Shown here in pieces: positions 38,831-51,785 of a stretch of 64,000 nt of DNA. This DNA comes from Tubiluchus corallicola (Eukaryota > Animalia > Priapulida), in assembly GCA_030141605.1 (NCBI GenBank), contig JAQGDQ010000454.1, positions 1 through 64,000 on the forward strand, written 5' to 3'. A program made the position numbers and the translations under genes. Numbering within the stretch: position 1 is the first letter of the stretch; each line of letters opens with the position of its first letter. Below the pieces are notes generated by a model. That model made no database searches. It saw only the letters and a program-made list of their open reading frames with translations, and was not told the DNA's origin.

Positions 38831-38851
38831 ACCGGAAACGGAACCGGAAAT
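38831..38851. promoter_or_regulatory. Tandem ETS-like sites
   Basis: ACCGGAAACGGAACCGGAAAT, ~125 bp upstream of ATG 38974. Confidence 0.4.
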
Positions 38852-38973
38852 CAAAGACCTCTACCATCTATTCTTTTTAATGACCGAATCAAATGAAAAA
38901 AGCGATTTAATAAACAGCAAATATGTGCAGTGTTCTAAATAAATAGCATCTTCTGTCTACTGGAAATAGAATT

Positions 38974-39079
38974 ATGTTTTACGAGGTTGTTGTAAAAGAA
39001 AGAGACGACTTTTCTTCTGGAGTGCATACACAACGGTCCTGCCCGCTTTGTTGGAGTGCAAAGAGTCGTTCCATTACTG
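38974..39079 (+). CDS. Candidate alternative first exon (MFYEVVVKERDDFSSGVHTQRSCPLCWSAKSRSIT, phase 1)
   Basis: 106 nt open from ATG to CTG|GTAAGA; ETS cluster upstream. Confidence 0.45.
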
Positions 39080-39272
39080 GTAAGAAGAGAATTTTTGTCT
39101 TGTGAAATTGACAGAGTAAAATTCGTTTTATTTCCTTTTAACAAAAATCAAAAAATGTTAAGAAAATTTCTGATTTTTCTCAAAATACCACACAGCAAGA
39201 AAGTTCATATCACAGTCAAACGGTTTTTTTCCGAGCGTCCAGTTAGCTGCAGCTACTTTGCGAATTTTGTAC

Positions 39273-39406
39273 TGTATAATCACGTCGAAATTAAGTTATA
39301 CTAGCCGTATTTTTCATATACAAAGTAGTTTACAATTTGGTATAATCACGTCCTAATTAAGTTAAACTAGCCGTATTTATCAGATAAAAAGTAGTTTACA
39401 ATTTGG
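39273..39406. repeat. ~66-bp tandem duplication
   Basis: GTATAATCACGTC..AATTAAGTTA..CTAGCCGTATTT..AAGTAGTTTACAATTTGG twice. Confidence 0.85.
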
Positions 39407-40070
39407 GCTCCTCGAATAATTCGAGTCTGTTTTATAATGTTCAACAGTAATTCGTTAATGTTCATATATATATATTTTATTTATTTTTTTACTGCATTTT
39501 TATTCATTTATTAATATCTTGAGGCTACGCACATTCAATTTTTTTAACAGATGGTGACGATTAAGACAACGACGATGATGATGATGACCATGACTACGAC
39601 GATGACGATAACAATGCTTGCGGCATATATAACAATAACCCTTTTCCTGTGGCTAAAGAGTTAATCTTAGCATTGAGAAAAAATAAGCTAAATATGGTCT
39701 ACTTCTGAAACGTTTCCCGCCAAATTCTAAACGAATTTACGCCCACACTTTTGCTTTTGCCACGCCCATGCCACTCAGCCACGCCCGGCATTATGTACCC
39801 GCATGATTTATGAGTGCGAAGGGTCAAAATTCAAGCGCAATTACGCCTATGTTAATATTTGATGAATTGCAAAGGTTGTGCACATCCATAATCACTTTTA
39901 GGTGGCTTTGTGTGACGTTTTTGCAATAAATAAAATAGTAATTAGCGTCTGCAACATGAGCTAATGTAAACAATAGTCATTGAAATGTATAAAATACAAT
40001 ATCAATATTGGTTTTTCACTTGGCAAATATCTTACTCTGTCTTATTCATAATATTTAAAAGAATTTTTTA

Positions 40071-40145
40071 ATGTTGTTGTTGTTGTTGATGATGCCGTTG
40101 CCGTTGCCATTGTTGTTGTTGCTGTTGTTGTTGCTGTTGTTGTTG

Positions 40146-40191
<46 letters not shown>

Positions 40192-40248
40192 TGTTGCTGT
40201 TGGTGCTGCTGCTGCTGCTGCTGCTGCGTCGTCGTCGTCATTGTTGTC
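40071..40248. repeat. (TTG)n/(CTG)n/(GTC)n trinucleotide repeat
   Basis: Source of the polyQ/polyL ORFs. Confidence 0.95.
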
Positions 40249-40429
40249 ATTGGTTTTTTCACTGCATATTAGTTTTCAAACAGTAAGGTTATTTAGTTCT
40301 CCATAGTTTACTGTTGTACTCCTCTTGACTAACTACTGTATTATTTATTGCCTCTTTTTGTTTGAATTGTTATAATTTTTTTTATGCTACTAACAAATTG
40401 AAAATTGTACTTCAATTTCGAAATAACTA

Positions 40430-40525
<96 letters not shown>
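40430..40525. repeat. (AAT)n microsatellite
   Basis: Pure run. Confidence 0.98.
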
Positions 40526-40526
<1 letters not shown>

Positions 40527-41132
40527 TTAAAATAATAATATGGCGTTAAGATCTAAGCTCTTTGATTAAACCTGCCTGAAAGACCGCATCACCCCTTCAG
40601 GTATAAAACTTGTACCAGTTGGTTTGCTCATATATTCTACCTGAACATTAATCTGACAGGTGAATGAGTTATTTACAGGTAGAAAGTGCAAAAACAACCC
40701 GCCTATTGTTAAAAGTTATTCACTTAACCCTTTGAATGCTGTACTGGGTTAATTTTGTTGTTGCACCCAAAATATTAGTTCTATTTACGTAACGTGACGT
40801 GTATTTCAGTTTCTAAACCGGCTCAGTGTCACGTCAGTTTTACGTGGGAACTTTATACAGCTAAATGCGATTTTTCGATTGTTTTGTGACGAAACCAGCT
40901 CTCGTGGACACACATCACTATAGTGGTTGTGATTCATCAAAAGTTAATTGTAGACCAGCTGTTCTGAGTCTAATTAAGGTTGAATCTATAAGCGGAGGAG
41001 AAAAATACCAGGTATAGACCTAAAGGAGGACAGGATGATTTTCATAAATTACCCCATTTTCAAATCACTTGTTTTTTGTTATTCAAGACAACAATATAAC
41101 AAATAGCAATTTGTAGGCAAACAATGGGTAAT

Positions 41133-41730
41133 TTAAAGGAAGACAGGATGATTTTTCAAGTACCCCATTTTCAAGTCCGATAAAAAGTGTACATTCTAAT
41201 ACAATTAATACTGTAAAAGCGTTTCTGATAATTAAATAATAGATTTAAAACTTAATTAACGGCGGACGAGCTCAACCTTTTGATGATATCACAAACTAAC
41301 ATAATTTTCGACAGCAAAAATAGTCCACGAGCGTGCTGCACGTGTATCCGAAAGCGAAAATTGAAGTCTTACTGTAAAATATGCAGTGTGTTTTACTAAA
41401 GCCAGACAAGTTTAAAAACAAAAATTTATATTTAAAATAAAAACTTATCACTATGCTCACGCATGAACTGTCGAACGTGCGTGGTTCGTCAGAAACTAAC
41501 ACATCTGAACTGAGAGGTACTGCACCTGTTTTTGTGCAATGCGTTTCCAAAATGCAGGTGCTAGTGCCCGTCTAACTAGCGAATGGCGAAATGCATGTAA
41601 CAGAGAAGAACTAGTGGCGCGAACGTGAAATTTTTTCACGTAAGTCATTTTTATAAAATAGTATGTTCCCTTTCAATATTTCAAAGTTTGTTTTCGCCTA
41701 CAGTTTAAGACTGGGTCAGTTTTACTTTAA
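41133..41730 (-). mobile_element. Kolobok-like MITE family B
   Basis: TTAA at both ends; extra family-B end fragment at 41020-41065. Confidence 0.9.
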
Positions 41731-41780
41731 TTGTCATCTAGTTCAGTGATATCCCGCCCGCTGATGAAAGAGTCCACGCT

Positions 41781-41865
41781 TACAGTAAACTACGTATAAC
41801 TCGAACACCTTAAGACCGGAAAATGCGTTCGAGTTAAGCGAAAATACGAGTTAGACGGTGTTCGT
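41781..41865 (+). mobile_element. Tc1/mariner (pogo-like) MITE left end
   Basis: TA|CAGTAAAC..TAACTCGAAC...GTTCGAGTTA; partner TIR not found. Confidence 0.5.
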
Positions 41866-42487
41866 AAGAAAACAAGATTGAGCCACTCATTAACGTCGGA
41901 CAATACACTAGTAACACTAATAGCCTGCGAAAATGACAAACTGAGGTTTGAATCAAATATCAAGCAATTTTTATTAATAATCAAAAATAAAATGACTGGT
42001 CCACCTCTATTGTAATCTGAGTAGCACGGTTTATAGAATTTGGCAATAATAATATTGTGATCTACATTAAACCACGTTCATTAAGCCACGTTATGTGCAG
42101 CGTTCTGCTAAGGTAATACAAGAAATCTTGGTAATTTTGCTGAATCTAGCAACTAAAATCATAATGCGGTGCACACTTTTGCATAATATTTAGAAATAAT
42201 TTGTTTCTTGCTTAGCATTAAACTTCCAAAGATAATGTTTCTTTATCAGCATGGGACGCGTATTATAATATTGACGCACTATGGCAACAATTAACATTTT
42301 TTAATTATTTTGGAATTCAACACAAAAACCGCATTTCTAACAAAAGTTGACAGACATTATATGATTTTTAGCAGTTGGGGTATAATTGCAGTATAATTGC
42401 ACTGCAGCGTAACGTAACTGTTCATACATGAAGAGCGAGAAATGTACAGTACATCTGTTAAATTAGCGAATTAAATAAGGGTTAATT

Positions 42488-42605
42488 ATTTGGGACACCC
42501 TATATTGTTGCAATAGTCACTAATGTTTTGGGACACTCGGTATCGTTGCAATAGTCACCAATGTTTTGGGACACCTGGTATTGTTGCAATAGTCACTAAT
42601 GTTTT
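42488..42605. repeat. Three ~38-bp tandem units starting in a mariner-like end (TTTGGGACACCCTATA)
   Basis: TTGGGACAC..GTATTGTTGCAATAGTCACTAATGTTTT repeated. Confidence 0.75.
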
Positions 42606-42886
42606 CTTTTCTTCTTTTTTCATGTGCTGTTCTGATGGTGGGACATTTTGACCCAAATAGGTAAGTCAGTAATTCAGTGTGTCAGTAAATCAGTTTGCAG
42701 TAAATTGGTTCATTTGCTTGGTTTTCGTTTGTTCATTTATTTGTTTATACATTTATTTTAATTTTATTTATTTATTTTCTTGACCGTCCATTCAATGTGT
42801 TTTTAGATAATTTATTGTTTGATTAGTCCCATATTTTAGCACGTTGTTCTCTCCACGCCAGAATGCGTATAAGGCTGTGACACTCC

Positions 42887-43309
42887 CAGGGGCGCAATGA
42901 CCAATAGGCTAACTAGGCTATAGTTTAGGGCGCCAAAGTTTGAGGGACGTCACATTATTATTATTTAAAAAAATTCTTATTCTCCTGGGAAAATGTGTAT
43001 ACTTTCATATTCACGTTTTACAACACACAACGGGCAGTTAATGACCGCAGCTTTTATATAAGTGCCACATAACGAATAGGTGCAAGGTATTACACAACAA
43101 ACAGTTGCGCCGCCTGCTTGAATATAGGCGCTATGCAAATACTTGTAATTAATAGTGACCACGTAGAAACTAGGTTAATTGTGTTTCTAATACACCACAA
43201 CTAATTGTTTAATGTGAACATTACATAAGCAGCCATAATAAATTCACAATAGAGGTGGGCGGGGCAGAATTGTCAGCGTAGGGCATCGGAAAATGTTAAT
43301 ACGCCCCTG
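42887..43309 (+). mobile_element. hAT-type MITE, CAGGGGCG family, copy 3
   Basis: CAGGGGCG...CGCCCCTG; TGACACTCC duplicated on both flanks. Confidence 0.92.
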
Positions 43310-43346
43310 TGACACTCCCAGTGTAAACCCTTCCGGTGTCCATTCC

Positions 43347-43431
<85 letters not shown>

Positions 43432-43441
<10 letters not shown>

Positions 43442-43878
43442 CTTCTAATGAGAAGTTCGTGTTTTTAAATGCACCACAACATGTAGAAGTTATTAAAATT
43501 AATGCTAAATTGATCCACAAAATATTTGAAGACAGGCTCGACTGACATAACTCAGTGCAAGCCTGACTGACTGACTAACTGTAACACGTGTAATATTAAG
43601 TTTATGTATATGTATGTTGCTCTGTTGTATGCGTTTTTGTGCTTGAGCTATTATTCCACTTATATGTGGTTTCTTTGTTCAAATATATAGAGTTTTTTAA
43701 ATCGTTTTTCTTTGTCTTTTGTAATGACTTTCCTTAATGATTCAATGAAAGTGAGGTAAAAAATCAGAAAGAATACAAAAACATTCTTATCTTATATGAG
43801 CGTACAGCGGGCATTCAGTAATTACATGCAATTCATCCTCTACTTTGTTCACACAACAAATTTACATACTCGTTGTTC
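43432..43878. mobile_element. RTEX-like LINE remnant with internal inversion
   Basis: 43432-43743 matches 27353-27666 forward; 43744-43878 matches 27230-27355 in reverse. Confidence 0.8.
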
Positions 43879-44044
43879 TACTTTTATTTTTTCAGCTTGT
43901 GATATCTACCGATTTCAATTGCTCATTTACGAGCACTAATACGAAATCTTGTTAAGTTTGTATTGACATGTTCTGGAGGACCAATCAACAAATAATTTTC
44001 CATCTTTAAGAATTTTTAAAAGGTTTATACGTTCTAAATTTATT

Positions 44045-44340
44045 GCTATTTTCATTCGTTGCTGTCCGGTTCATTTCCTGCAGCCAGTACTGTGGAATAT
44101 AAGAACGCTATCTCATTAGTCATTCTCGTCTTCCTTCCATAAGACATGTTCAGTCCAATTCCGTCTCCTCCTTTACTCACCTGCGCCCTGAATTCATCTG
44201 CGCCCTGTTTGCCATCTCCAAGTTGGACGCCCGCTCCTGTCATCTAATCCTTAGCTTCCCGTTTAGGCAGTTAACCTGGAATGCGTCGAGTTTCTCTTGC
44301 TCTTCTTCTTCACCTTGTATGCCTCGTTTCCATACATTAA
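44045..44340 (-). mobile_element. Degraded RTE-clade LINE C-terminal fragment
   Basis: Minus strand YGNEA..KLDAFQVNCL..LRIR*QERASNLE..RRRRNWTEHVL with frameshifts. Confidence 0.75.
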
Positions 44341-44522
44341 CACTGTGCAATATTATTCCCAACAATATTTATATAATGATGTCATTATTCTCTAGTTTAA
44401 ACTTTTATTAAGCTATTAGGTGATGCATGTGTAATTTTATATAGAATGAATTTGTACAGAATGTAAATGACTGAAAAAAATTCTCATTTGTTATAACTTT
44501 TAATAAAATGTAATGTTTCTTA

Positions 44523-44692
<170 letters not shown>

Positions 44693-45219
44693 ATAATTGT
44701 TTTCCTATGCTTTCAGAACTTGTAGCGATGGTTGTGTTATATTATGATGATCAAAGTACAATAAAGGTTCCTTAGTTTCTGTTCTTGAACAGGACAGCTC
44801 GCATATTGAGCAAATCCTAATAATCTGCTTCTAGTATTTTTGTCCCTATGAGGTAAATTAATGTATTTTCAGGACTGTTTGACTTGGCTTGTTCACAAAC
44901 TTTCAGCAACGGTACTAGCATTAGCAATCATTTTCCGATAATCTGGTGCTACTACCTAGTGGCGCGATTTATAATGATTTGACGCGCGAGAATATAGAAG
45001 GAAAACATCTATAGTGATTCAACTATGTCATTGGCAAAATCGACGTTTTTAATGTAGTTTTACTGCAATACGTAATTAAAACAAGTATCACTTATTTGGC
45101 CTCAATTAAAGAAAAACAGTTGAACAGTTTCATTCATTTTGCATTTATTCTACTCCACAGTTTCGTAGTGGATTCTGTAATTTACTAAATTTTCTTTCGC
45201 CCTAACATCTATTAGCAGT

Positions 45220-45905
45220 TTAAACGACTAGAAGAGGGGTACCTGAAGTAGGTTTCAGAAAAATCGCCTTAAAAATTGTGTTACTTTATTGCTATTTTAT
45301 GCGTATATCGTACACGCGTTGAAATGATTTTTTGCTTGCTTTCATTTTAAAGTTGGCGCGACATTACACTGCCGCACCATCGATGTCGTATACGCACAAT
45401 GTAAATTAGGCGATGAACATGAAATTTTAAATTATGTCCTAAAAAACTTTCCATGCAAAGTTATGTTATTTAACATTTTGCTTACTTGCTTGAAAGACTT
45501 ACGTAACTAGAAAAGAAAATTATTAGTTATTTAAAATGTTTTCATGAATTGATAAAATGTCGCCGACTCACCCTCCAGGGTGAACCACTCACTAATCAAA
45601 AACATATTTTTAATCTTATTGACAAGATGCAGTAATTTTAAAATTTAGTTAGTTAGTGAGGTGTGCGCTATGAATGCTCTGATTATTTTTTCAAACTTTA
45701 TTCGGTGTTATCTAAATTATTTCAAATGACTTATCGTCAAAATGGCTGCTTCTAACGGTCATTGCGGGAGTTTAAATTTACATAATTTATGCAGCGTTAC
45801 TGCTGACGCAAGCTCTGTATGCAAAAAGGCAGTATGTAAATGGCATAAAATTTCAAGACGAATTTTCTAAGCTTTATGTAAGTGGAGGGTTTTCTTGTCC
45901 TTTAA
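45220..45905 (+). mobile_element. Kolobok-like MITE family C, full length
   Basis: TTAA flanks; colinear with 10023-10697. Confidence 0.88.
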
Positions 45906-46533
45906 ACGTAAATGGTTACCTTTCATAATGAAAATATAATTCTTACCTTGCGCCTAATATTTGGATGATGAAAGGGCAAGTACATAAAAATTGAATTTGA
46001 AAGAGTTTCGGAAGCTTTGATTATCTTGTGGTCTTTTTTCTTTTTACTTCCTGTAGAAGTTCGACTGTGACAACCATTATGGCATCATCATGTTTCTGTT
46101 GCAGTTTTAGCACTCGCTGACAAAACAGGAACTTACATCTCACCTGTAATTAACACCTGGGCGATGAGCGTCTGTATTACCTGTACAGGCCAATTGACCT
46201 GCCAAATTTCCCACGTTTTGCAGCTTCTCGTAAGTTTGTGACATCCGCTTATAAATCTTACTTGAACTTTAAGTCTTGTTTTGTTTTAAAATGTAATCCA
46301 TCAGACATAAAGAGAAACACAAAGTTTAATTGTGAAATGCAAAAGCAAGGTTACTAATAACAATAAACCACTAACAATTCAATGTTTTTGTAAGAAGATA
46401 TATATTGTCTCTGCACAGCGATGGCAGACGTTTTTAATATCACTACTGCTCTTGTTATTCAAATCACTTTTGTTTTTTGTTATTCAAGACAACGATATAA
46501 CAAATAGCAATTTGTAGGCAAGCAATGGGTAAG

Positions 46534-47080
46534 TTAAAGGAAGACAGGATGATTTTTCAAGTACCCTTTAAGTTCGACGAAAAGTTTACATTTTAATACA
46601 ATTAATTCTGCAAAAGCGTTTCTGATAATTAAATAATAGATTAAAAACCTAATTAGCGAGCCCAACTATTGACGACACCACAAGCTAACATAATTTTCAG
46701 CAGCAAAAATATTCCACGAGCGTGTTGCACGAGATTGTGAAAATGAAAACTGAAGTGCAGTGTGACTGTAAGATATTCAGTCTGTTGTGCTAAGCAAGTT
46801 TAAAACGTGTGTAGTTCGTCAGAAACTAACATATCTGAACTGAGAGGTACAGCACCTGCTTTTGTGCAATGCGTTTCCGAAATGCATGCGCTAGTGGCCG
46901 TCTAACTAGAGAATGGCGAAATCTATGTAACAGCGAAGAATTAGAGGCGCGAGCTTGTGTTTGTGTGGTAATAATTCTTTCACATAAACCATATTTGAAA
47001 AATAGTGCATTTCCTTTTAATATCTTAAAGAGTAGATTGTTTTGACCTACAGTTTAACATTGGATCCGGTTTTACTTTAA
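46534..47080 (-). mobile_element. Kolobok-like MITE family B
   Basis: TTAA|AGGAAGACAGG ... CCGGTTTTACT|TTAA. Confidence 0.9.
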
Positions 47081-47385
47081 CGTTGTAAGCAAAATGTTAC
47101 AATGGAGATGTACCAGGTCGCTTCATTATACACAAAGTGCAGGAATTTCAACGCTACGTGAACAATGGCTGACCTTTGGCAAGAGAGGGCATCTTCGTTT
47201 GTTCTTTTCCAGCCCGTTCATTAGGCATTGTGAACGTGCAAAAGAATTGCTCATTAAGAAATTCATCTGGATTACTTGTCGTGGAATATTTGATGTTCGC
47301 TCCCTGATTCTACAATTTAGACACCTCGTTTACAATTTCATTGGCATGTCTTAAAATGAATCCAGAATTTAGGAAGTTTTTTCAG

Positions 47386-47790
47386 TTAAAGGACAAAAAG
47401 CCCCTTACTTATGTAAAGTTAAAAAAATTACATGTCGCCTTATTGCGTACAGAGCTTACATTAGCAGTAACACTGTATAAAAAATTAAACGTCCAGAATG
47501 ACCATTTTAGCGGTAAAACTTTCGAAACAAGTTCAGATAACATTACGAGTATTTGTAGTGCACTTTTCACTAACTAAGTAAAAGTTTAAATTAATTTATC
47601 CTGTTAGCAGGATTAATAATGTGTTTTGGTGAATCAGTGTTGCATACTGGGAAGGTTTTACCAGTTGAGACGAATATTTTAAATTATTTAATTATGTAAA
47701 AATGTTCTTTTTAGTTACATAAAATTTCCAAACAGTTAAGCCTAATGCTAAGCTATATAACTCTGTATGGAAAGTTTTTTGTGACGCACT
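47386..47790 (-). mobile_element. Family C, old degenerate partial copy
   Basis: TTAAAGGACAAAAAG start; diverged colinear match. Confidence 0.65.
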
Positions 47791-48281
47791 TAAAAATTCT
47801 CTTTTCTTAATCTCTAATCTTTAAAGGTTAAGGTGTAATCTCTAGAAATATTAAGATCTTAATATTGGATATTAAATATTAAAAATATTAAAAAATCTCT
47901 AAGGAATTAAAACCTAAAAAATTCTCCTTAATCCAGCATTAATGACCATATTTGTGCGTCTGACCACAAAGCTGATTTTATAATTTCAGCGTTGTGACCA
48001 GAACTACAAATAACCGGGAGTTATTAATAAAAGAAATTTTATCTAGGTGCCTTAGTGAGCCTTGTCTTAATGTACAAAGTAGTTCAATTCCTTTAAATTT
48101 ATTTTTAAACATTTAGCTATATGTTACTGTATCAATTTCTTTTACTCAGGTCTGTTTAATCATTACCTTGTTGGTTTTTTGCACATACATAATTAGTGCT
48201 TAAGTTACTGCATCAATTTTTACTGGTTTGTTTATTCATCACCTATTTGGCTTCTGTTAACTACTTAATTAGGAACTTGGG

Positions 48282-48715
48282 AAAAACTAGTTGCAAACCA
48301 AAAGACTGATTAACACTTGTAAAGAAATAACTCTTCTAGTTAAAAACAACACAACTTTATTAAAAACTTTCACATTAACAAGTTAAAAGTTAAAATCATG
48401 CCAAAGGTTTCGACTAGCCACTGCTGTCATCATCAGTGGTAAATTTACAAATATACAACCAGTTTATGTAGGCAGAGCCTATTATGCATTAATTAAGTAG
48501 TCAAGTTACTGTATCAATTTCTTTACTGGTCTGTTTATTCATCACCTATTTGACTTCTGTTAACTACTTAATTAGTGCATAATAGGCTCTGCCTATATAA
48601 ACTGGTTGCATGTTTGTAAATTTACCACTGATGATGACAGCAGCAGCCTGCGGAAACGTTTCACATGATTTTAACTTTTTAACGTAAAAGTTTTAATAAA
48701 GTTGTCTTGTTTAAC
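48282..48715. mobile_element. Palindromic Penelope-derived hammerhead element, copy 2
   Basis: Close homolog of 26207-26652; cores at 48401-48439 (-) and 48625-48663 (+, stem II damaged); spacer fragments repeated at 48120-48272. Confidence 0.8.
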
Positions 48716-49239
48716 TATAACAGAAATTTCTTCAGGCCACTTTTGGACTCAAATTTGGGCAAAAGTTGGCCTGAAATGCGACTAGAGAAAAGACTATAGA
48801 AATTACCAACAGACAAAAGTGGACACGGACCACGAATACTAATTAGTCTGATTAGAAATGGATTGATAACCCGATCATAATTATAAAAATTGTTTATTTT
48901 AATATTTAACGATCTGCAGCTTTCCAATTTTGATTTTTTTAATTCTGCTTCTGCTGCTTCTCGTAGGCTGATGTTGGACATTCGTCGATGTAGAGTAGCT
49001 GCTCGTAAATTCAGTTTTTCCCTCGGGCTTCTTAGCTGTGGAGTTCTCCTCAAGATAATTTTCTCCGGAAATCTATAACCTTGCTTAATTCAAGAAGAAC
49101 CTAAATGGATTCTGTCGCTTACTAACTGTTTATATGGATTCTGTTTTTCTAGACACTTATTAATATGTCCGCCATTTTACCATAGGCCTTGTCTTGTTGA
49201 TTTGCATTCAAAAATCTAGTCATACACCGATTTCTTTAT

Positions 49240-49860
49240 TTAAAGCAAAACCAGATCTGATGTTAAACTGTAGGTTAAAACAATCTACTCTTTAAAATAT
49301 TGAGAGAAACGTACTATTTTTTCAAAAATGACTTACGTGAAAGAATTATTACCAGACAAACACAACTTCACGCTCGTGTCACTAGTTCTTCGCTGTTACA
49401 TGCATTTCACCATTCTCTAGTTAGATAGGTACTAGCACCTGCATTTCAGAAGCGCATTACACAAAAACAAGTACTTACCTTCCAGTTCAGATGTGTTAGT
49501 TTGTGACGAACTAAACACCTTTGACAGGTCATGCGTGAGCACAGCGGTAAATCTGAAACTCGAATTTTTATCTAAACACTTGCCTAGTTTTAGTATAACA
49601 CCCTGAATATCTTACAGCACTTCAATTTTTGTCTTTCGCAAACACGTGCAACACGATCGTGGAATATTTTAGCTGTTGAAATTTAGGTTAGTTTGTGATG
49701 TCATCAACAGTTGGGCTCGCCCGTCGTTAATTAAGTTTTCAATCTGTTATTTAATTAGCTATCAGAAACGCTTTTGCAGTATTAATTGCGTGAAATTATT
49801 TACTTTTTATCGGACTTGAAAATGGGGTAGTATATGAAAAAGCATCCTGTCTTCCTTTAA
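49240..49860 (+). mobile_element. Kolobok-like MITE family B, full length
   Basis: TTAA|AGCAAAACCAG ... CCTGTCTTCCT|TTAA. Confidence 0.9.
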
Positions 49861-50886
49861 GCTTTGTATTAGTCAAAAAGACTCTTAAAATCCTCGTGCA
49901 AATGAACGTTGCAGATTGTTTAGTCCACTACTGGTAATTGCATGCTGTGACCACTTGGGGGTGGCTTTGACAGCTACAAGTATCTAAAATGGAAAGTACA
50001 CGTTTTTTTACCCGCCCACACACTCCACCCAATCAATTTTCTCAGTTATCTGCCCATCCCATGACTCTGAACGCATCTATGGTAATGGCTGGATCAATTT
50101 GAATGTTTACTTATGCTTAATTGGGTTGCGGGTAGAGATGAGGGGCTAATACCCTCAACCTGAGGTTGGTGTGGTGGACAATACCCCAAATGTGGGCAGC
50201 ACATGTTTTCAATTAAATTGCATAAATACGTATTTTAGTTACTTATTATTTCGCGTTTGTTTTAAGCTCAGCCCTCTTTGGATCTGCCCTCCAGTTCTTG
50301 ATCGCTGGTCAGATTTTCACGGCCACTTGAGCGATTTTCAATTAGCGGAAGCGGTTTGACTGCAAATTTGAGGAGATTATCATCTTTTTGGGAAGAAAAT
50401 GACCCACTCTGGTTTGGCTAATGCTCAAGATGTAACAAAAGCTTACCCTGTCTAAAGCTGAGCAATGGTCATTTGAACTGGACATTGTCCGAATTGAAAG
50501 CTGAGAGCCGTAAGTAGGGATATTACAAAAACTGTGGGTGGCTGAAATTCTGAAATGCTTGGCGTTTTTGCGAATGTAAATCGAGAACCTGTTTTTGCGC
50601 TAACGATTTTATGATTTATGTTAATGCTACGTTAATGATCTTATGATTTATGTTAATGTTATGTTAATGGTTTTATGATTTATGTTAATGTTATGTTGAT
50701 TATTTTATACTTATCAAAAGAAATTTAAAGCACGAAATTTATGTGGTGAATTAATTGCACATGACATGAAGCACGTGACATGAAGCACGTGTTATGAAGC
50801 CTGGTGGCCCAACAGGTACAGCATCTTGTCTTCAGCAAAAAGCTGCAACTTCGAATACTGCTTAGCTAAACTCGTTTGAGATAATT

Positions 50887-51312
50887 TTAAGGAAGACAGG
50901 ATGATTTTTTCATATACTATCACATTTTCAAGACCGATGAAAAGTATACATTTTAACACGATTAATAGTGCAAAGGCGTTTCTGGTAGTCAAATAATTGA
51001 TTAAAGTCTTAATTAACGGCGGGCGATCCCAACTATTGATGACATCACAAACTAACATAATATTCAACAGTAAAAATATTCCATGAGCGTGTTGCACGTG
51101 CTCAAAATGCAGGCGCTAGTGTCCATCTAATTACCGAACGTTGAAATGCATGAAACAATGAAGAACTAGTGGCGCGAACGTGATATTGTGTTTGTGTGGT
51201 AATAATTCTTTCACATAAGTCATTTTTCAAAAAAATTGTATTTTGCTTTTTAATATTTTGAAGAGTAGATTGTTTTGACCTTCAGTTTAAGATGGGGTCC
51301 GGTTTTGCTTGA
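50887..51312 (-). mobile_element. Family B, internally deleted
   Basis: Both ends present; central ~190 bp missing at ~51100. Confidence 0.85.
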
Positions 51313-51424
51313 AAGCACATATCCAAAAAATCCATACAAAGTTGTGAAAACTAATGTAATTGGAAGGAAAATTCCTAATAATTTGAAATGTTTGCTCAAA
51401 GTGATAAAGCATCACCGAGTCATT

Positions 51425-51785
51425 TTCCCAGTGTGCACCACTGGCTCACCAAAAACGCATTTAAAAATCTTATTGACAGAATAATGTAATTTATGCTTTT
51501 GTCACGAAGGCTCTGTTTGCTTTTTCAGACTTTACCTTTTATCTTGAACTTAGCGTCAAAACGGCTAACAGACATGCCGGGAATTTGAATTTACAAGTTT
51601 TAGACAGGGTTACTGTTAACGCAAACCCTGTATGCAATAAGACAGCATGTAAAAGAGGGAGAGAGATAGAATGGAGCGAGTGAAAGAGTGGGAGAGAGAG
51701 GAAGAGAGAGAGCGAAAGAAAGGGAGAGAGAGAAAAAAGAGAGAGAGAGAGAAAAAGAGGGAGAGAGAAAAACAGAGAAAGAGAG
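51425..51785 (+). mobile_element. Family C fragment running into a GA-rich repeat
   Basis: CCAGTGTGCACCACT..GCATGTAA then GA tract from ~51655. Confidence 0.65.

Noticed and set aside
41755-41782. CTGATGA hammerhead-like start
   Set aside because: No GAAA half; sequence runs into a Tc1/mariner-like end
42622-42666. Strong TAG|GTAAGT donor
   Set aside because: Only a phase-2 ATG frame; may be non-coding, cannot be supported
44052-44243. Minus-strand exon with CAG|GTGAGT donor
   Set aside because: Lies in a frameshifted RTE remnant
50400-50516. GCC|GTAAGT donor after a GC-richer block
   Set aside because: No ATG-initiated open frame reaches it
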